Below are positions 44,803-59,028 of a stretch of 64,000 nt of DNA, piece by piece. How positions within the stretch are numbered: position 1 is the first letter of the stretch; each line of letters starts with the position of its first letter. The position numbers and the translations under genes were made by a program. The notes beneath the pieces are model-generated. The model was not told the DNA's origin. It ran no database searches and saw only the letters and a program-made list of their open reading frames with translations. Origin of the DNA: Selaginella moellendorffii (lineage: Eukaryota > Plantae > Lycopodiophyta); contig NW_003314429.1 of NCBI RefSeq assembly GCF_000143415.4, forward strand, positions 62,001 to 126,000, written 5' to 3'.

Positions 44803-46654
44803 ATGGAAGACAAGCAGCTGTTGCTGGCGCAGTTCATGGAGGTGGTAGGCGAGCCTGCCGATCGCTGCCACCAGTTCCTCGAGGTTTGATCCCTCCCTGA
44901 TCGCTCTTCTTGAAGGAAATGCCGAGTGATTTTGTGTAGGCGACGAACTGGCAGCTCGAGGAAGCGATTCAGCTCTTTTTCGCTGGCGGAGGTGTCGAGA
45001 TTGGAGCTCCGCCTTTAGCAGCGGAGCCCCCGCCAATGAGCAAGCCTGTCCATGCGGAGCCACCTCCAGTAGTGCTCCCTTCTCCAAGGTGAGAGTTTTC
45101 CTTCGTTCTTTCTCGTTCCTGGATGAAAAGAAAGGATTTTTTTCCTCTCAGTGGGGGAGATGACTACGTTCGTCCACCACTGCCTGTGAAACGCGAGGCC
45201 TTGTACGAGGATATCTTCCAATACAGGTAAGAAAACGAAGATCACCATCTCCTTTTCTCATTCTCTTTGGATGGTTTTCCAGAGCACAAAGAAGGGCGCA
45301 AGCAGGTCCCGTCCAGCCGACTCCTGTGGATGCTTTCCGGAACTTCGAGGACGAGTTTAACTCCAGAATCGCCAAGCCCTCCCCTGGGAGCTCTCCCGTG
45401 GGTGCCAAAGCTCCAACGCTTGCGTCCCTGTACCGTCCGCCACTGGAGCTCAACTTCGAGGGAAGCTTCGAACAGGTACGAAGGACGCCACTTTTCCCAG
45501 ACGAGACCATCTTTCTCCGCATGTTTAGGCGAAAGCAGAAGCAGCCAAGCAAGGAAAATGGTTGCTCATCAACTTGCAATCCCATACAGAGTTTGCGAGT
45601 CATATGGTATGATTATAGCTCCACAAGTAAGCTTGCAAACTGTGTTTTCTCATCTACGAGCTGATGCTTTCTGTGTAGCTGAACAGAGACACCTGGGCAC
45701 ACGAGGCCGTCAAGGACACGGTGAGGATAACCTTCGTCTTCTGGCAGGTATTTGTGATGTTTGATAGCATTCGTGGCCTCACTTCTTCTTTGCTGGTTTT
45801 AGATCTACGATGACACCGAGGAAGGAAAGAAGGTGTGCACGTACTACCGCTTGAATACCATGCCTACCATTCTGGTGCTGGATCCTTTAACTGGCCAGAA
45901 GATGAGATCCTGGGAGGGTATGGTAGGCGCGGAGAGACTGCTCGAGGTATATGTTTTATTCACCACTTTCTATAGAGAGTTTTCTATAGAGACTTACAAC
46001 ACTTTCAGGATCTTGTCCAATTCATGGATAGAGGTCCCATGGAGAACCACACTCAAAAGCGACCACGAGATGTGGAACAACAGCAACAGCAACAGCAACA
46101 GCAGCAGCAGCAGCAGCAACCACAACAGCAGCTGGATCAAGGTAGAGCTCGACGCTGAGTTGCCAGCAATCTTTTCACTTTGTTCTTGGCAGGCCCGGCT
46201 GATACCGACGAAGACAAGGAACTCCAGCGGGCCTTGGCAGCTTCGTTGGAGAGCCAAACCGAGCCTTCTTCGGCGGCGGAGCATGTCAAGGCCCGCGGCA
46301 GCAAGCATCCAGCGCTGCCGGACGAGCCCAAGCCCGAAGAGCCAGAAACTTGCCGCGTTGGAGTGCGTTTTCCCGATGGCAAGAGGGGCCAGCGGAGGTA
46401 CTTTCGATCCGATCCACTAACTGTAAGTGGAAAACCAGCGATGTTCTTCCTTTCTCGCTTCTCATGTTGGTCGTATCGTGTATGAGCAGTACCTCTGGTC
46501 GTATTGCTGCTTGAACGTGGAGGAGGCCGCCAGCGGCAGAAAGTTTCGCCTCACGCTCACCATTCCTGGTGGGAGGTCTCTCGAGTACGATCCCAGCATC
46601 ACCATCGATGAAGCAGGTGTTGCCAACGCCATACTGAACATGGCATGGGATTGA
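44803..46654 (+). CDS. Plant UBX-domain protein, PUX7-like (UBA-like, UAS, UIM, UBX) with polyQ tract
   Basis: FLEATNWQLEEAIQLFF, LASLYRPP, WLLINLQ...EF...LNRDTW, EDKELQRALAASLE, CRVGVRFPDGKRGQR. CAG/CAA run at about 46078-46131. Confidence 0.88.
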
Positions 46655-46956
46655 TCGCTAGTTTTCTTTTCTCCTTCGCCTGTATCTGGCAATCATCTCA
46701 ACGCGTAGTCAGTCGTAAGAACTCTTTCAATCAAAACATGATTTTTAAGGCTTTTGTTTTGCAAACCTGGTAATCATTCTGTCCGAGGACGAGCGCCCCG
46801 TGAGTCGGCAGTCATGAGTCGACAGTCAGACACAGATAGCTCCAAAAGATACCTGAAACTCCAGACACGATAAATTCCTCTGCAAAGCTGCTACCAACGC
46901 GCTCTGGTTCTTCTGTATATTTCAATGTAGCCAGCAAAGAACTTCCAGGTTTGGCG

Positions 46957-48264
46957 ATGGAGAAGGTCCCGCTGCTGCTGCTTGTAGCGATGGTGGTGCT
47001 AGCAGCAGCAGCACTTCCGGTTCTGGGACAAGAAGTAGAAGCTGAAAACGAGGCGTTCGATCCAAACGACGACTTCGAGTTCCAGATGAAGAAGCCGAAA
47101 ATTCTCGTCAAAGGCCATGTTGTCTGTGATCGATGCTGGCACGGACGTGTTGGCAACATGAGCCTCCCTCTCCATGGTACGCAAGAAAACCATCTTTGGT
47201 AGAAGTTTGAGAGAAGTTCTTCGTTCTTGTGTCGAGCAGACGCCGAGGTAGGCATCAAATGCGTGGACCTGTATGGATTCGTGACCTTCTCCGGCGTTGG
47301 ATACACCAACACTCACGGCGTCTTCACCATTCCCATGGACGAGATTCCAGCCATCTTCGGCGTTAAGGGATGCAAAGCCAAGCTTCTGCGAGGCCCAAGC
47401 ACCGGCGACTGCGATGAGGTGAGCTCCATGGGAGATGGTCACACGGGAGCTCCGCTTCTACTCGTCCACAAATCCCTGCGAGAGGTCGTGTTTACTTCCG
47501 GTCCCTTCGCGTGCCGGCCTCTCAAACGTCCGGGAGCTTGCAAAACCGCCGCTGCTCCTCCTCTTCCTCCTCCGCCAGTTTACAAGTACTCGTCACCACC
47601 GCCACCGTTCAAGCACGTCCCAAACCATCATCCACCCCCGCCAAGCGTTCCCAGCTACCATTCTCACACTCCTCCGCCTGTTTCTCACCATCCGCCACCA
47701 CCATCTCCACGACCAGTTGCTCCTCCAGTTTCTAAGTCGCCGTTCAATCCATACATTTACAAGTCCCCACCCCCACCACCTCCAGCTCCTGTGAAATACC
47801 ATCATCCACCTCCGGCTCCAATCTACTTCCGCAAAACTCCACCTCCGCAGATCCATCCTTCACCACCTCCTGTAACTTCTCACAAGTATCCGCCTCCAAT
47901 GGCACCTCAGAAGCCATTACCACCACCTCCTGTAACTTCTCACAAGTATCCGCCTCCAATGGCACCTAAGAAGCCATCGCCACCACCAAGTAGCAAGCCG
48001 CCACCTCCAAAATCATCACCTGGGCCTGTTACAAAGCTTCCACCTCCACTTTTCTACCACTCTCCTCCACCACCACCTACGTATCATAATCGATCTCCAC
48101 CACCTGTTCCTGCCAAGTCTCCTGTTCAAGTGCCACCTCCTCATGCCTACAAGTACTCTTCGCCTCCGCCGCCACCGAGAAGCATCACCTGGGATTTCGG
48201 AGTCAAGCGAGGAAAGTTAGCCATAGATGCCTCTGAATTGCCAGAGGAAGATATAAACGACTGA
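46957..48264 (+). CDS. Secreted Pollen Ole e 1 domain plus proline-rich/extensin-like protein
   Basis: Signal peptide, ILVKGHVVCDRC, phase-1 intron (about 47178-47239), EVGIKC, TNTHGVFTI, CKAKLL, then SPPPP/VYKY repeats. Confidence 0.88.
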
Positions 48265-48514
48265 AGTACCTCGAAAGATGACCCCGGCTTGGAGTAAGCT
48301 ATGCACAGCTGAGAGGCCAAGAACACCGATAAAAATTTAGTTCTTTGGAGTTTGATAAGGCTTTGAACAAAATGCTTGTTCAAAGACTTGCGTACCTCTG
48401 CAACTGTGAGACACTTGAATTATTTACAAATGCTTCCTACATCCTACCTATCCCGGGAACTTACAGATCACAAAAACAAAATGTTGTGACGCATTTTATC
48501 GCCGTCCGCAGCCA

Positions 48515-51500
48515 TCACTTGAGGCGAGAGACGAACTGACCAAGATTATACTCCTCGTGGTATAGTGACTGGTCCCAGAGATCCTCCAAAGAGCTTAGCA
48601 TCGACTTGAGTCCTTTGCCGCCTTTCGAGCCACTCGATCCTGCAGCCTCTTCCTCCTTATCCTTGCTCGTACCTGGGACATTAGCCTGGACATATACAAA
48701 CCAGAGATGTTAGTAGTCAGTGACTGGAAGCCTGTGTGTCTGGATACCTTCTTCCCGTCAAAGGTAAACAAGTCGAGAAGCTGGCCTGTGTCCATACTGC
48801 TAATGCTCGCGTTGTCCGCATTGATAACCGTGTTCGCAATGGAAAGCTTGAAGCGTTGAAGGTTCATGACCTTCTCCTCTAAAGTTCCACGCATTATCAG
48901 TCTATGCACGTTAACCACCCGCCGTTGTCCAAGCCTGTGAGATCTGTCCATAGCCTGTAGAAAGAACATTGATATCGACACTGTTGCATCTCTGATCAAG
49001 TTACCTGTAAATCACGCATAGGATTCCAGTCATGCTCCATAAATACAACCGTGTCTGCTGCTGTAAGGTTTAATCCCAAGCCACCCACTTCACAATGAAT
49101 AACCATCAGGCCCCGAGAACAAGTAAAATGCCGACGCTGTACCATGTGTAGTGAGAAGAAGCACGTCTATTGTTGGATCAGAATTGAAAGCCTTCACAAT
49201 CTCAAAACGCTTGCTAACGTCAACGGAGCCATCGAGCCTCATGTATGTCACACTGAATATAAAAACAAGCGCTAGTTAGCCGGAGCTGAAAGAACACACT
49301 AACCTTTTCATGTGTGTTTGAAACAAATCCTTTTCAATAATGTCAAGAAAACCCTGCCAAATCGATGATAAGCACTTACGCCTCTTCATTTACCTTTACC
49401 TTTAGTTGTGCAAAGATCAAAACACGATGTTGTCCCCCGGCAGTAGAATTATCGCCGTTGCATTGACCGATGCCACATTCTTCGAGAATATCTCGCAAGG
49501 CCAGAAGCTTTGGCGAGTTTTGAATATCATGTATATCCATGCTGCCATTCTCCTCATTGACGTTCTCTGACAGAGGTCCGTCTAGGACAAGAACAGGATG
49601 ACTGCAAACTTTTCGCAGGTATTGCAGAGCCTGAGAAAAAGAAAATAGAAGATCAACTACACGCTAGTGAAGCACAATAAAAAAAAGACCTGAAAGACGT
49701 GCGTAGGAGCTGACGTGTTTCCTCGGTCATCAGCATTTCCACCGTACGCCTCAACCATGGTGGCCACATTCTTCTTGGCTTGAGAAAAGGCAAACTTTTC
49801 ATAAAGTTTCAGCTGAAGCGGACTCAAGTCACAGTAACGGTCTTGAATAATTTTGGGAGGTAAATCCGCTAGCACTTCATCTTTTGTCCGGCGCAACAGA
49901 AAAGGCATGACCTGAGTTATAACAGGATGAGCGAACGTAGTGACAAGGACGAAATGTACCTGCTTGTGCAAGGCCTCCATGGCTAACACCCCGGCCTCAG
50001 CTTCTTTCGCGGAACATTTCGGATCTCTTGCAGCTTGCAACGGTTTCCCATAGCTACCATGGAACTGGAACAAGATGCCGTCAAACACAAGAAAAACAAT
50101 TATACGTCAGCTAAACCTGGCGTTCAGTTCCAAGGAAACCCGGCATAAGAAAATCAAACAATGACCATAGTTCTAGTACATTGTTCTGAAATCAGAGCTT
50201 GGATTAGTTGCGTTTAAGAAGCAGCGTCGACATTTACCTGAATAGGAGTACCGCTGAGAATTAATCTGTGCTCGGCTTGAATTCTCTTTACAGCCAGAGT
50301 GATTTTGGACTTCCCGCTTTTGATGATGTGTCCTTCATCTAGGATGCAGAAGTTCCACTGTATTTGGCTCAGATGCTCGATGTCCTTTCGAAGCACATCG
50401 TAAGATGTGATTATAATACTGTGAGCCGAGAACTGATTGCGCAAGTATAACCGATCCTGAGGTTGCCCCACATACTGCAAAGGTTTCAGAAGTTCGGCCG
50501 GTATGAACTTCTCAATCTCGTATATCCAGTGACCCACTAATGTTGGTGGGCATACTATCAAAGATAACGTCGACTCTTTCCCCTGGCCAGCAGCAATACG
50601 CTCAGCCATATCTGAAGCAACAATCGCAGAAGCTTGAAGGGTCTTTCCCAGACCCATGTCATCGCACAAAACACCATGGAGCTTAAAACGCTTTAAGAAA
50701 GCTAGCCAGTTGATACCTTCTTGTTGATACCTGGTTAAAAGGACATCGGTCAGTACAACCAACGAAAGCGAGCTAGGAGACAAGTACCTGCGTAGCGGAG
50801 TTTTTAAATCAAACGCCAGCTTATAGTCGTCGACGCGACTATTATCCAGTAATTGTTCCAAAAACCTGGCATCGTCTGAGTTACTTAGAGAGGAGATACC
50901 TTCTGGCTGTGGTACCCCTCGAGCAAGTGGAAGAAGTGGAACCAAGGCGGCAAAACTGTGAGTCACGCTTTGCCTGACAACCTGGTTGCTGTCACCCATG
51001 CAGCCCAGCAACGGAACGATGAGAAACGGAGCGTATCCTACGAGTTCCATTCCCATGCCTTCGACAAGAAACGTCACCAGCATCCCTGCTCCTTGTCTTG
51101 CCTCCATAGATGTACCATCAGTAAGCATTGGCATGGCTTTTGCTAGGACAGCAGTCATGATCGTCTCTTTCAAGGTTCGGGCCATCGCTGTGATACATCT
51201 TGACGCACCACACCTTACAGCCGCATGACGATGTCGAACGCAGCCAAATATTGCAGGGAGGAGTGTTAATATCCTCGATTGCATGGCATTTTTTAGGAAA
51301 GGAGCAGTAACGCGTATAAGCTGCAGGTTGGTTTAGAGCGTCATCAGGAGAAAAGGGAATGAGAAAACAAAGATAAGCATACCTGCAGGTTGTTAACAAG
51401 CGCTTGAGGATCGGCAACTGGTTCTACTAGAAACGCATCATGAATATGACCAGGATCGGAAGGCTTGATTACTTCAGTTAGGCAGTCCCAGAGCCTCGGA

Positions 51501-54500
51501 AGCTTTTCGAAAAGAGAATCACCAAACCTCTGGCAAAGCGCCTTAAGTGCCAGTTCTGCACCACGTCTCGTAATTATTCCTTCAACCTTTGCTTTGTCGT
51601 CAATGGAAGCAACTTCCATCTTTCGTAACGCAGTCGATGAAGATTTCAATGAATAGTCACCATCATCGAAGGTCCAGGACGAGTTCGCTTCAGTCGCCAA
51701 TGGAGTTTCAAGCTGATCAGCACATGCCATGGTAGACAGGTTTTTGATAAGCTTGTCATTAGGACACGGTTTCCGACCAACACAGTGTCCAATCACTTCT
51801 GCCAAAGCTTCTCCTGCGCACTGCTGCAGTACTTCCTCCTATAAAAACAATTAAACAAGTTGCAAATTACTCTGAAGAAGCTTCCGTATTCACCTGTTCA
51901 CGCTTGACGGAGCCCATCAAAGGTTGGATGATAGGATTCAGCTTCGACGGTAGCTCGCCCATCCATACGACCACACTAGCCATCAAAGCCAAAACTGTGC
52001 CATGCAGATTAACCTGAGGCAAGAATATAGCCATCAGCAACTGAATGCAACATAGTGACCAAAAGTTACCTGAACACATTTTAGATAGCCTGCGGTAGCA
52101 AGAAGACGCTGTCGAGCAGACTCCATCATGTCTCGAGCGGAGCAAGTTTTCTCATCGGAAACTGCTCCATTGCATTCCTCCAAAGGAATAAACTTCATTG
52201 CAGCGTCTATAGCAGCTTCTACGGACATGTTTTCCACTGGTTGCAAGTCCACTGGTAATCCAAAGTTCGAAGCCTCAGCATGCTTAACGAGTGCGGCAAC
52301 TTCCGCCCTCATCTTAGCGTAAGTCCTCGAAAGTTCCGCGTAAGGCAAAGAAGAGTCCGGAGTCGGATGCGAAGGCTCAATTTGTAAAAGGAGCACTTGT
52401 AAATATGATGTTAGAGGTCGAAAAGCAGAAATCACCGGCGCCTTCTTCTCAACAGGAAAGGATCTTACTTCCTTGAAGCATGATATAAGAACCATGGATG
52501 CGACCTGTGAAATAAAGATTAATGAAAGGTGATCGACAAAACCTTGAATAAACTATACACACCTGTCTCTGGATACCTGAGGGTGAATGTAAAGCTTGGT
52601 TTAGAGCCTGAAATATAAGGTCCAGCATTGAACCAGGTACGTTCCCAGCCAAAACTCCCAAGGCAGATGTAGTGGCAATCCTCATATATACAGCAGAATT
52701 CTCTCCGTCAGCACCAACAACTACTTTCGGAACCACGTCAGAATGTTTTTGGGCTTCTGGACCATGCGAGTGAGACTCTCCTCGGCTTATAAGTTTAGAT
52801 GCACTTAGCTTAGCCACCACTTTAGAACGGCTTCCTTTTGGTAGAGACGTGGGCGAAAACATATTCGAGGCTTCCAAAGAAGCACCAGCCGCGGTGCTGG
52901 CAAGCTTCAGCCACGTTGGAAAGAAGGATAGCGTCGATGGTTGCAAATGCGAATGTGAACACTGCAAGCATATGTTAAACAATAGTAATATTTATAATCA
53001 GAAAACAAAAGTACTACCTGAATCAATAGACGCCAGACGCGCCCAGAACACTGCAGAATTTCTTCGTTTGATTCCATAAGCAAATTCTGAAAGACCATGC
53101 GCAGCATATCGTCAAGGATGCGTAGAGCCCAACATGTCGATCCCGACTCCAGTAATTGCTCCTAACACAGAAGTTATACCAGCAATTACGAAATCTTGCG
53201 AAGAACGTACCAGAGTTCGAATAGCAGCATATCTCACAGATGAAATATTATGCCGCATAAAAGGCCAAAGCCGGGGGGCTAAGACAGATAAATCATCCAA
53301 ATCCTGTTGTTGCTCGTCCAGAGCCATGTCCGCATTCAAGTCAATCGAAGAGGTAGAATTCAGTGGAAGTAACGCTTCAGGCTGTGAATAAAGCTCAGCC
53401 AGAAGATGCATTACACTGCAGAGACAATACATTAGTCTCAAGCGTAAACATCTTTTACTAGACCAACCTGTTAGTCGAAGGACTCAAGTCATCCAGATCA
53501 AGTAGAATATCCCACAGCAAGATCAGGATAGTTTTTACCAGATGACTCGCATGAGTCACAATTGCGCGGGCAGCTGGAAACAAAGCGTCTGCTGCAACTG
53601 ATCTCACGTCGTCATCAGGATCTTCAAGTCCAGCTATACAGGCAGGTAAAACCCGAGGAAGAAGTTCACCTATCATTTCCTGCATGTAGCAGCAACAAAA
53701 CTTTCAAAATAAATAAAACCCCTTATGAAAACACTTAAAACGTAGAAAACAAAGACTACCTGTCGGACTGCCACCAGGTACTTGATGCCCAATAAACTGC
53801 CATGTCTGACCTCCCACTCTGAACGCCGCTGTAAATAGCTTATACGGACAAGCATTGTCAAAATCAGTATGAAAATTCAGGTATGAGTTGCACCGTGAGA
53901 TTACCTGCATCTGAAGAAGGATACTGAAAGTTTCATGAACTAGTGGCGAATGCATTTGCTTGAGCACCGCACCCAGAACTTGAGCACAAGTTTCTCGCAC
54001 AGGCGCAACCACTTGGTCCGAAACAAAGTCACCAAATCTAAAAACCAAAAAACAAAATATAAATAAATAAATAAATAAAAAGATACACGCGATGACTTAC
54101 CGATCAAGAGAAAAGATACAAATAAGCCGAATAGTGCAATCTTGAAGAAACTCCGAGTTTGCTCGCCATGCTTCTTGTGCAGCAGCCACTTCTTTAGAGA
54201 TACATGCCGCTTTCGGGTCATTCTCTGTTGAGGCGACCCCTTTGACCTCTGGAACGTCTTGGTTGAGATCTAGCTCCCCTTTGACAGCAATATCCTTCCG
54301 GTCATTCGTGTTCTCCATTTCCTGTTCCTCAGTCTTCGGCTGGTCAGATACAATCTCCTCTGCTTCGCTTTTCCCGTCGAAAACTAGTTCCATCTTCTCT
54401 GCATCACGCTCCATCTTGTCTCCGCCCTTCTGTTCCTCCTTTTTAACGTCGGAAACTAGTTCGTTCTTTTGCTCCACCTTTGTTTCCTGAGAAGGCTCCA

Positions 54501-56001
54501 ATTTAGTATCAACAACTGCCTCCTGGCCTTTGGTCTCCACTCTGTTTGCTGTAAATGTTGAAGATGTTTCAGGAGCAGTTACGGCAGCAGAAGCTGCTTG
54601 TGAGCTTAATATTTCTCTAAGCGCCATGATACTACCATGGCGAATTTCCCAGACTGCGTATGACAAAAACCAAAATGGTCATTGACGCTCCCAAAATTGC
54701 AGACACACAAATTACCAGGATCGAAAATATCATGCATGAGAGCCTCCACAAAGCGGGAAAATGGCCAGCGACCGTCGGCAAAAATGTCCTGACCGTCCTC
54801 CTCTAGCACAGAATCTAACACGAGCTGCGAAAGCACCGGTTAGCTACAAACAACGAAGCGCTATAGAATACCTTATCAGTTTGTTGTTGTGATTGCTCAT
54901 TCACAACAGATTTAGGACGCTTGTTACTAGGCTCTTCTAGCTCCGCTTCCTCCTTCGATCCATCTTTGACAAAAAATTTAGCTTTGCGTTTAAGCATGTT
55001 CTTCTCTCTCGCACTTAGTGTCCTTGGAAGGACACCCGGAACCATGTTGGCAACCAATTGTTGAACTTCCTGCCGCTGGTACACATGATTGTGAATGCTA
55101 CTATCGCCAACTGGTGTTCTCTGCATCATGAGATCCTCGTCACGAATCATGTCATTAACATCGACGAACTCGTCTAGTCCTGACCAAAAGAAAAGACATA
55201 TTAAGTCGGCCTTTCTCCGACGATACAAGTAAAGCTTTTACCCAGTCGGCGACGCAGATTTTGCTTTTGGTGTGCCAGCCTTTCCACTGAAGTCTTTGTA
55301 CTGTCGAGCGAAACATCAAATTCCTAGTATGTACAAAGCGTCGGCCAAAGGACTAAACAACACAAAAACTTCTAAAGATGCCAACCTGACCACCGGATGC
55401 AAGCAATAGCCGGCCCGACTCCAAAACCTTGTGAACATCAAACCTGGCGATAAAACCACCGTTAGGCGCAGCGCAAACACGATGTCGGAGAAATGTACCT
55501 ACTGAACGCCAGGCCTGGCGATGGCTGCTTCTCCCCGCTAGCCGTCAAGACATTCTCTAGATTCAAAGTGGTGCACCCCATCCTTTGGATGTTCTTCTGT
55601 GCTCTAGCGACAAGCTCCCTCACAGTTACATGACTCACATTCTCGGCGATGGATCCAATTGCATGAGCGGCGGCCACACGCGTTTCCCAGCTCTTGCTTC
55701 GGAGGAAGTGCCCAACCTGTCACAAAGCCAAGTTTGTAGCGCGCATGAATGGAAAAGGCAGAAACAAACACACTCTTTTCAGGAGAGCTTGCAATTCAGT
55801 GGGGTGCTGCTTCGCAATCTCGCCAATCTGCTTCGCAGCAGTGAGCCTCGTCGCGGAAGTGGATCCAGCTGCGAAATTCCATTCACAAACACAAAGAGAT
55901 CGGCAAAAAAGTACGAAAGAGGGACGAATTCACGTACTGTCGAGGAGCGTCAGCAGCCGATTCAACCGAGACGATTGCTGCTGCTGCTGCTGCTGAGCCA
56001 T
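48515..56001 (-). CDS. BTAF1: TBP-associated SNF2 ATPase BTAF1/MOT1, many exons
   Basis: [46 protein letters not shown]...[39 protein letters not shown], and terminal [21 protein letters not shown]. Confidence 0.95.
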
Positions 56002-56140
56002 GCCGCCCCACCCTAGTCCGCTCCAATCGTCAAGAGCTGCCGATGGCGTCGCCTAGCCCAGCGGCACAAGCGCGCTGCCCTGCCCTGCCATCGCTGGAAG
56101 AAGCCCTAACCCTAGCCAAGCACCAATTAAATTTAACTCG

Positions 56141-58738
56141 TCATTCAAACGATCTTCCAATGTTCGCGAGGAGCACGAAGGGCCCAGCCTCGCCGGGAGG
56201 ATCGAGCTCAAACATTCTATCGGCCGCACGCGCAGCGCGATCGAGATCGGGGTGGATATGGCACGCCGCCAGGAGCGTTCCCCAGGCGATGGAATCGGGG
56301 GCGTGTGGCATCTGGGCGATCATCCCCTCGGCCTCTTCCAGCTCCCCGGCGCGGCCGAGGAGATCGATCAAGCAGCAAAAATGCTCTCGCAGTGGCGCGA
56401 CCTGGTAGTCGGCGATCATCGCCACGAAATGCTGGCATCCATCGCGGACGAGACCGGCGTGGTTGCATCCGCTCAAGATGCTCCCAAACGCGAGCTCGGT
56501 GGGCTGGAAGCCCTCCTGGACCATCGCACGGAAGAACTCCATCGCCAATCCGCAATGCCCATTGTGGGCATAGCCGCCAACGATGGAGTTCCAGGAGACT
56601 ACGTCCCGCAGCGGCATGGAATCGAAGATCTCGAGCGCTCGATCCACCAAACCGTGATGAGAGAAAGCGCCCAGGATTGCGTTCCAGGATATCGTGTCGC
56701 GGCAAGGCATGAGATCGAAGCTCCTTCTCGCATCCCGCAAGAAGCCATTGAGAGCAAATGCATCGATAAGAGCATTCCAGGCAGCGGGATTCCTCTCCGG
56801 GATGCGATCAAACGCCGATTTCACCTCGTCGATTCGCAGCAGCTGTGCGAGCGCATGGATCCGCGACACCCAAGACGCGAGATTGTGATTTGGAGCGCGC
56901 TCAAACGCGATCAGTGAGTGCTCCAGCTCGCCATTGGAAACCAATGCCGCTGTCACCGTGTTCCAGCTCCCAGCATCCCTCGCCGGCATTCTCTCGAACA
57001 TCTCCTTCGCTCCCGCCACACTGTCGCTCACTGCGATCATCGCATTCCAAGACACCACGTCGAGCGCCTCCATCTTCTCCAAGAACATCGATCGCGCAGT
57101 CTCGCGGCAGCCATTCTGGGCGAGCGCGACGATCATCGCAGTCCAGCACACGGCATTGTGCTCGGGCATTCGATCAAAAACTTCTCTCGCATCATCCAAG
57201 CTCTCGCTCTGCGCATGCGCCTGGATCATCGTCGTCCAAGTAACGATGTTCCGCGACACCGTCTCTTGGAAGATTTTCCTCGAATCGCCCACATACCCGG
57301 CCTGGGCATACCCCTGGCACAAGGCAGTCCAAGTGACAACGTCATGCTCTGGCATCATCTCGATCACTCTCTTTGCTCGATCCAAATGCCCACTCTCGGC
57401 CAGTCCCTGGATCACTGATGTCCAAGAGACAATGTTCCTCTGGATCAATCCCCCAAAGATCTCCCATGCTTGCTCGATCTGCCCGGCCTGGGCATATCCA
57501 GCAACGAGGCAGTTCCACACGGCCGTGACGACGATGCCACATGTGCGTGCCATCTTGTCCAGCATGGCGCTTGCCTCCCCGAGATATCCTAGGTGACAGT
57601 AGACGTGGACGAGCGTCGTCCACGTCACAACGTCGTGGTGTGGCATAAGATCGAATGTTCTTTCCGCCTCGCTGCAATCTCCAGATTGGGCATTTGCTGC
57701 AAGCCAGGTGTTCCATGAGACTACGTTTCTCACCGGCATAAAATCAAACAAGTTCTTCGCTTCATGCAACCGGTTGTGTTGCGCCATTGCTCCCATTGCG
57801 GTGTTCCAGGAAATCACATTCTTCTCCGGAAGCTTTGCGAATTCTTCTTTCAAAAGATCGACATCTCCCTGTTGGGCATACGCCAGGATCATAGTGTTCA
57901 GCGACACAATGTTCCATTTCGCCATTCGACCATAGGATTCCTTCGATTCATTCAAGCAGCCGTTTTGTGTGTAAGCTTGCATTATATAATTCCAGGTCAC
58001 CACGTCTCTCTCGGGCATAGAATTAAAGACACTTCTCGCGTTCTCCAAATCCCCGGTTTGGGCATATGCCTGGATCATCGTCGTCTGCGACACTAAATCC
58101 CAGTGATTCATTCTGTTATACAAATCACTGGCTTGGTCGCAGTACCCATGCCGGGCATATCCAGTGAGAATGGCATTCCATGTAACACCGTCTCGGTGCC
58201 CTGCTAGATCAAACAAGTTCTTCGCTTCCTCCAAATGGCCTCGAAAGGCCATTGCTGTGATCATCGCATTCCACGAGAAAACATTCCACTGCGGAGTGCG
58301 ATCAAAGCAAGATTTCGCGTCCTCGAGATGGGAGCCTTGCACAAATGCCGCTGTGAGGCAATTCCAAGACACGGAATCGCGCTCTTCCATCTGGAGAAAG
58401 ATCTTCCTTGCCGAATCAATATGCCCATTCTCGGCATACGCCTGGAGGTAGATGTTCCACGAGAACTGGTTGGGCTGATCGATGCCGCTAAACACCTCCG
58501 CTGCGTCCTCCACGCAGCCGCATTTCCCATACATCTGGACCAGGAGGTTTGCGAGGAATTTGTTGCGCTTGCAGTGATCGATGCCCAAGATCTGGCTGTG
58601 CGCTCTCCTCCCGCGCTCCAAATCCCTGGCATTCCCACAATCTCGGAGGATCCGCGCAAGAGCATCCTGCTCGTCACGCTCGCAAGCCCTAATTCCACTC
58701 GAGAATCTTCTAACTGCAACGTGGAAGCTCGTGAGCAT
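56141..58738 (-). CDS. PLS-E class PPR protein with likely mitochondrial presequence
   Basis: Intronless 865 aa starting MLTSFHVAVRRFSS. More than 20 PPR repeats, then HFCCLIDLLGRAGEL, WGTLLAACHIH and PFVLLANI. Confidence 0.93.
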   Translation of the reverse strand: MLTSFHVAVRRFSSGIRACERDEQDALARILRDCGNARDLERGRRAHSQILGIDHCKRNKFLANLLVQMYGKCGCVEDAAEVFSGIDQPNQFSWNIYLQAYAENGHIDSARKIFLQMEERDSVSWNCLTAAFVQGSHLEDAKSCFDRTPQWNVFSWNAMITAMAFRGHLEEAKNLFDLAGHRDGVTWNAILTGYARHGYCDQASDLYNRMNHWDLVSQTTMIQAYAQTGDLENARSVFNSMPERDVVTWNYIMQAYTQNGCLNESKESYGRMAKWNIVSLNTMILAYAQQGDVDLLKEEFAKLPEKNVISWNTAMGAMAQHNRLHEAKNLFDFMPVRNVVSWNTWLAANAQSGDCSEAERTFDLMPHHDVVTWTTLVHVYCHLGYLGEASAMLDKMARTCGIVVTAVWNCLVAGYAQAGQIEQAWEIFGGLIQRNIVSWTSVIQGLAESGHLDRAKRVIEMMPEHDVVTWTALCQGYAQAGYVGDSRKIFQETVSRNIVTWTTMIQAHAQSESLDDAREVFDRMPEHNAVCWTAMIVALAQNGCRETARSMFLEKMEALDVVSWNAMIAVSDSVAGAKEMFERMPARDAGSWNTVTAALVSNGELEHSLIAFERAPNHNLASWVSRIHALAQLLRIDEVKSAFDRIPERNPAAWNALIDAFALNGFLRDARRSFDLMPCRDTISWNAILGAFSHHGLVDRALEIFDSMPLRDVVSWNSIVGGYAHNGHCGLAMEFFRAMVQEGFQPTELAFGSILSGCNHAGLVRDGCQHFVAMIADYQVAPLREHFCCLIDLLGRAGELEEAEGMIAQMPHAPDSIAWGTLLAACHIHPDLDRAARAADRMFELDPPGEAGPFVLLANIGRSFE

Positions 58739-58787
58739 AGCCCGATTAGCATTCGAGCGGCATTTAATTCAACGGTGGAAACGCTGT

Positions 58788-58807
58788 CCACGTGGCAGAA
58801 AGATAAG
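58788..58807 (+). promoter_or_regulatory. G-box plus I-box light-response module upstream of ferredoxin
   Basis: CCACGTGGC at 58788-58796 and GATAAG at 58802-58807; TATA-like ctataa at about 58966. Confidence 0.5.
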
Positions 58808-59028
58808 CCCGCGAAGCGACGCTATTGGCCAGAAGCCCGTGTGTGGCGCGCACCGGCCCGTCAGGCGACGGCCGCAGCACAAGTTCCACCACAACAATAC
58901 CCGTCACGCTCGTCCCCGCCCGTCACTCTCTATCTTCAAGAACCAAGGTGCGCTCTTTCTCTCCTCTATAACGCGGGCTCCTTTCTCCTTTCTCTCTTTG
59001 TAGCACCGACGAGCTTCCTTCGATCCCA

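Noticed and set aside
33310-46654. Apparent cluster of protein quality-control/trafficking genes (SAYSD1-like, maspardin, rhomboid, ERD2-like, PUX)
   Set aside because: Interspersed with unrelated genes and acting in different compartments; chance is a sufficient explanation.
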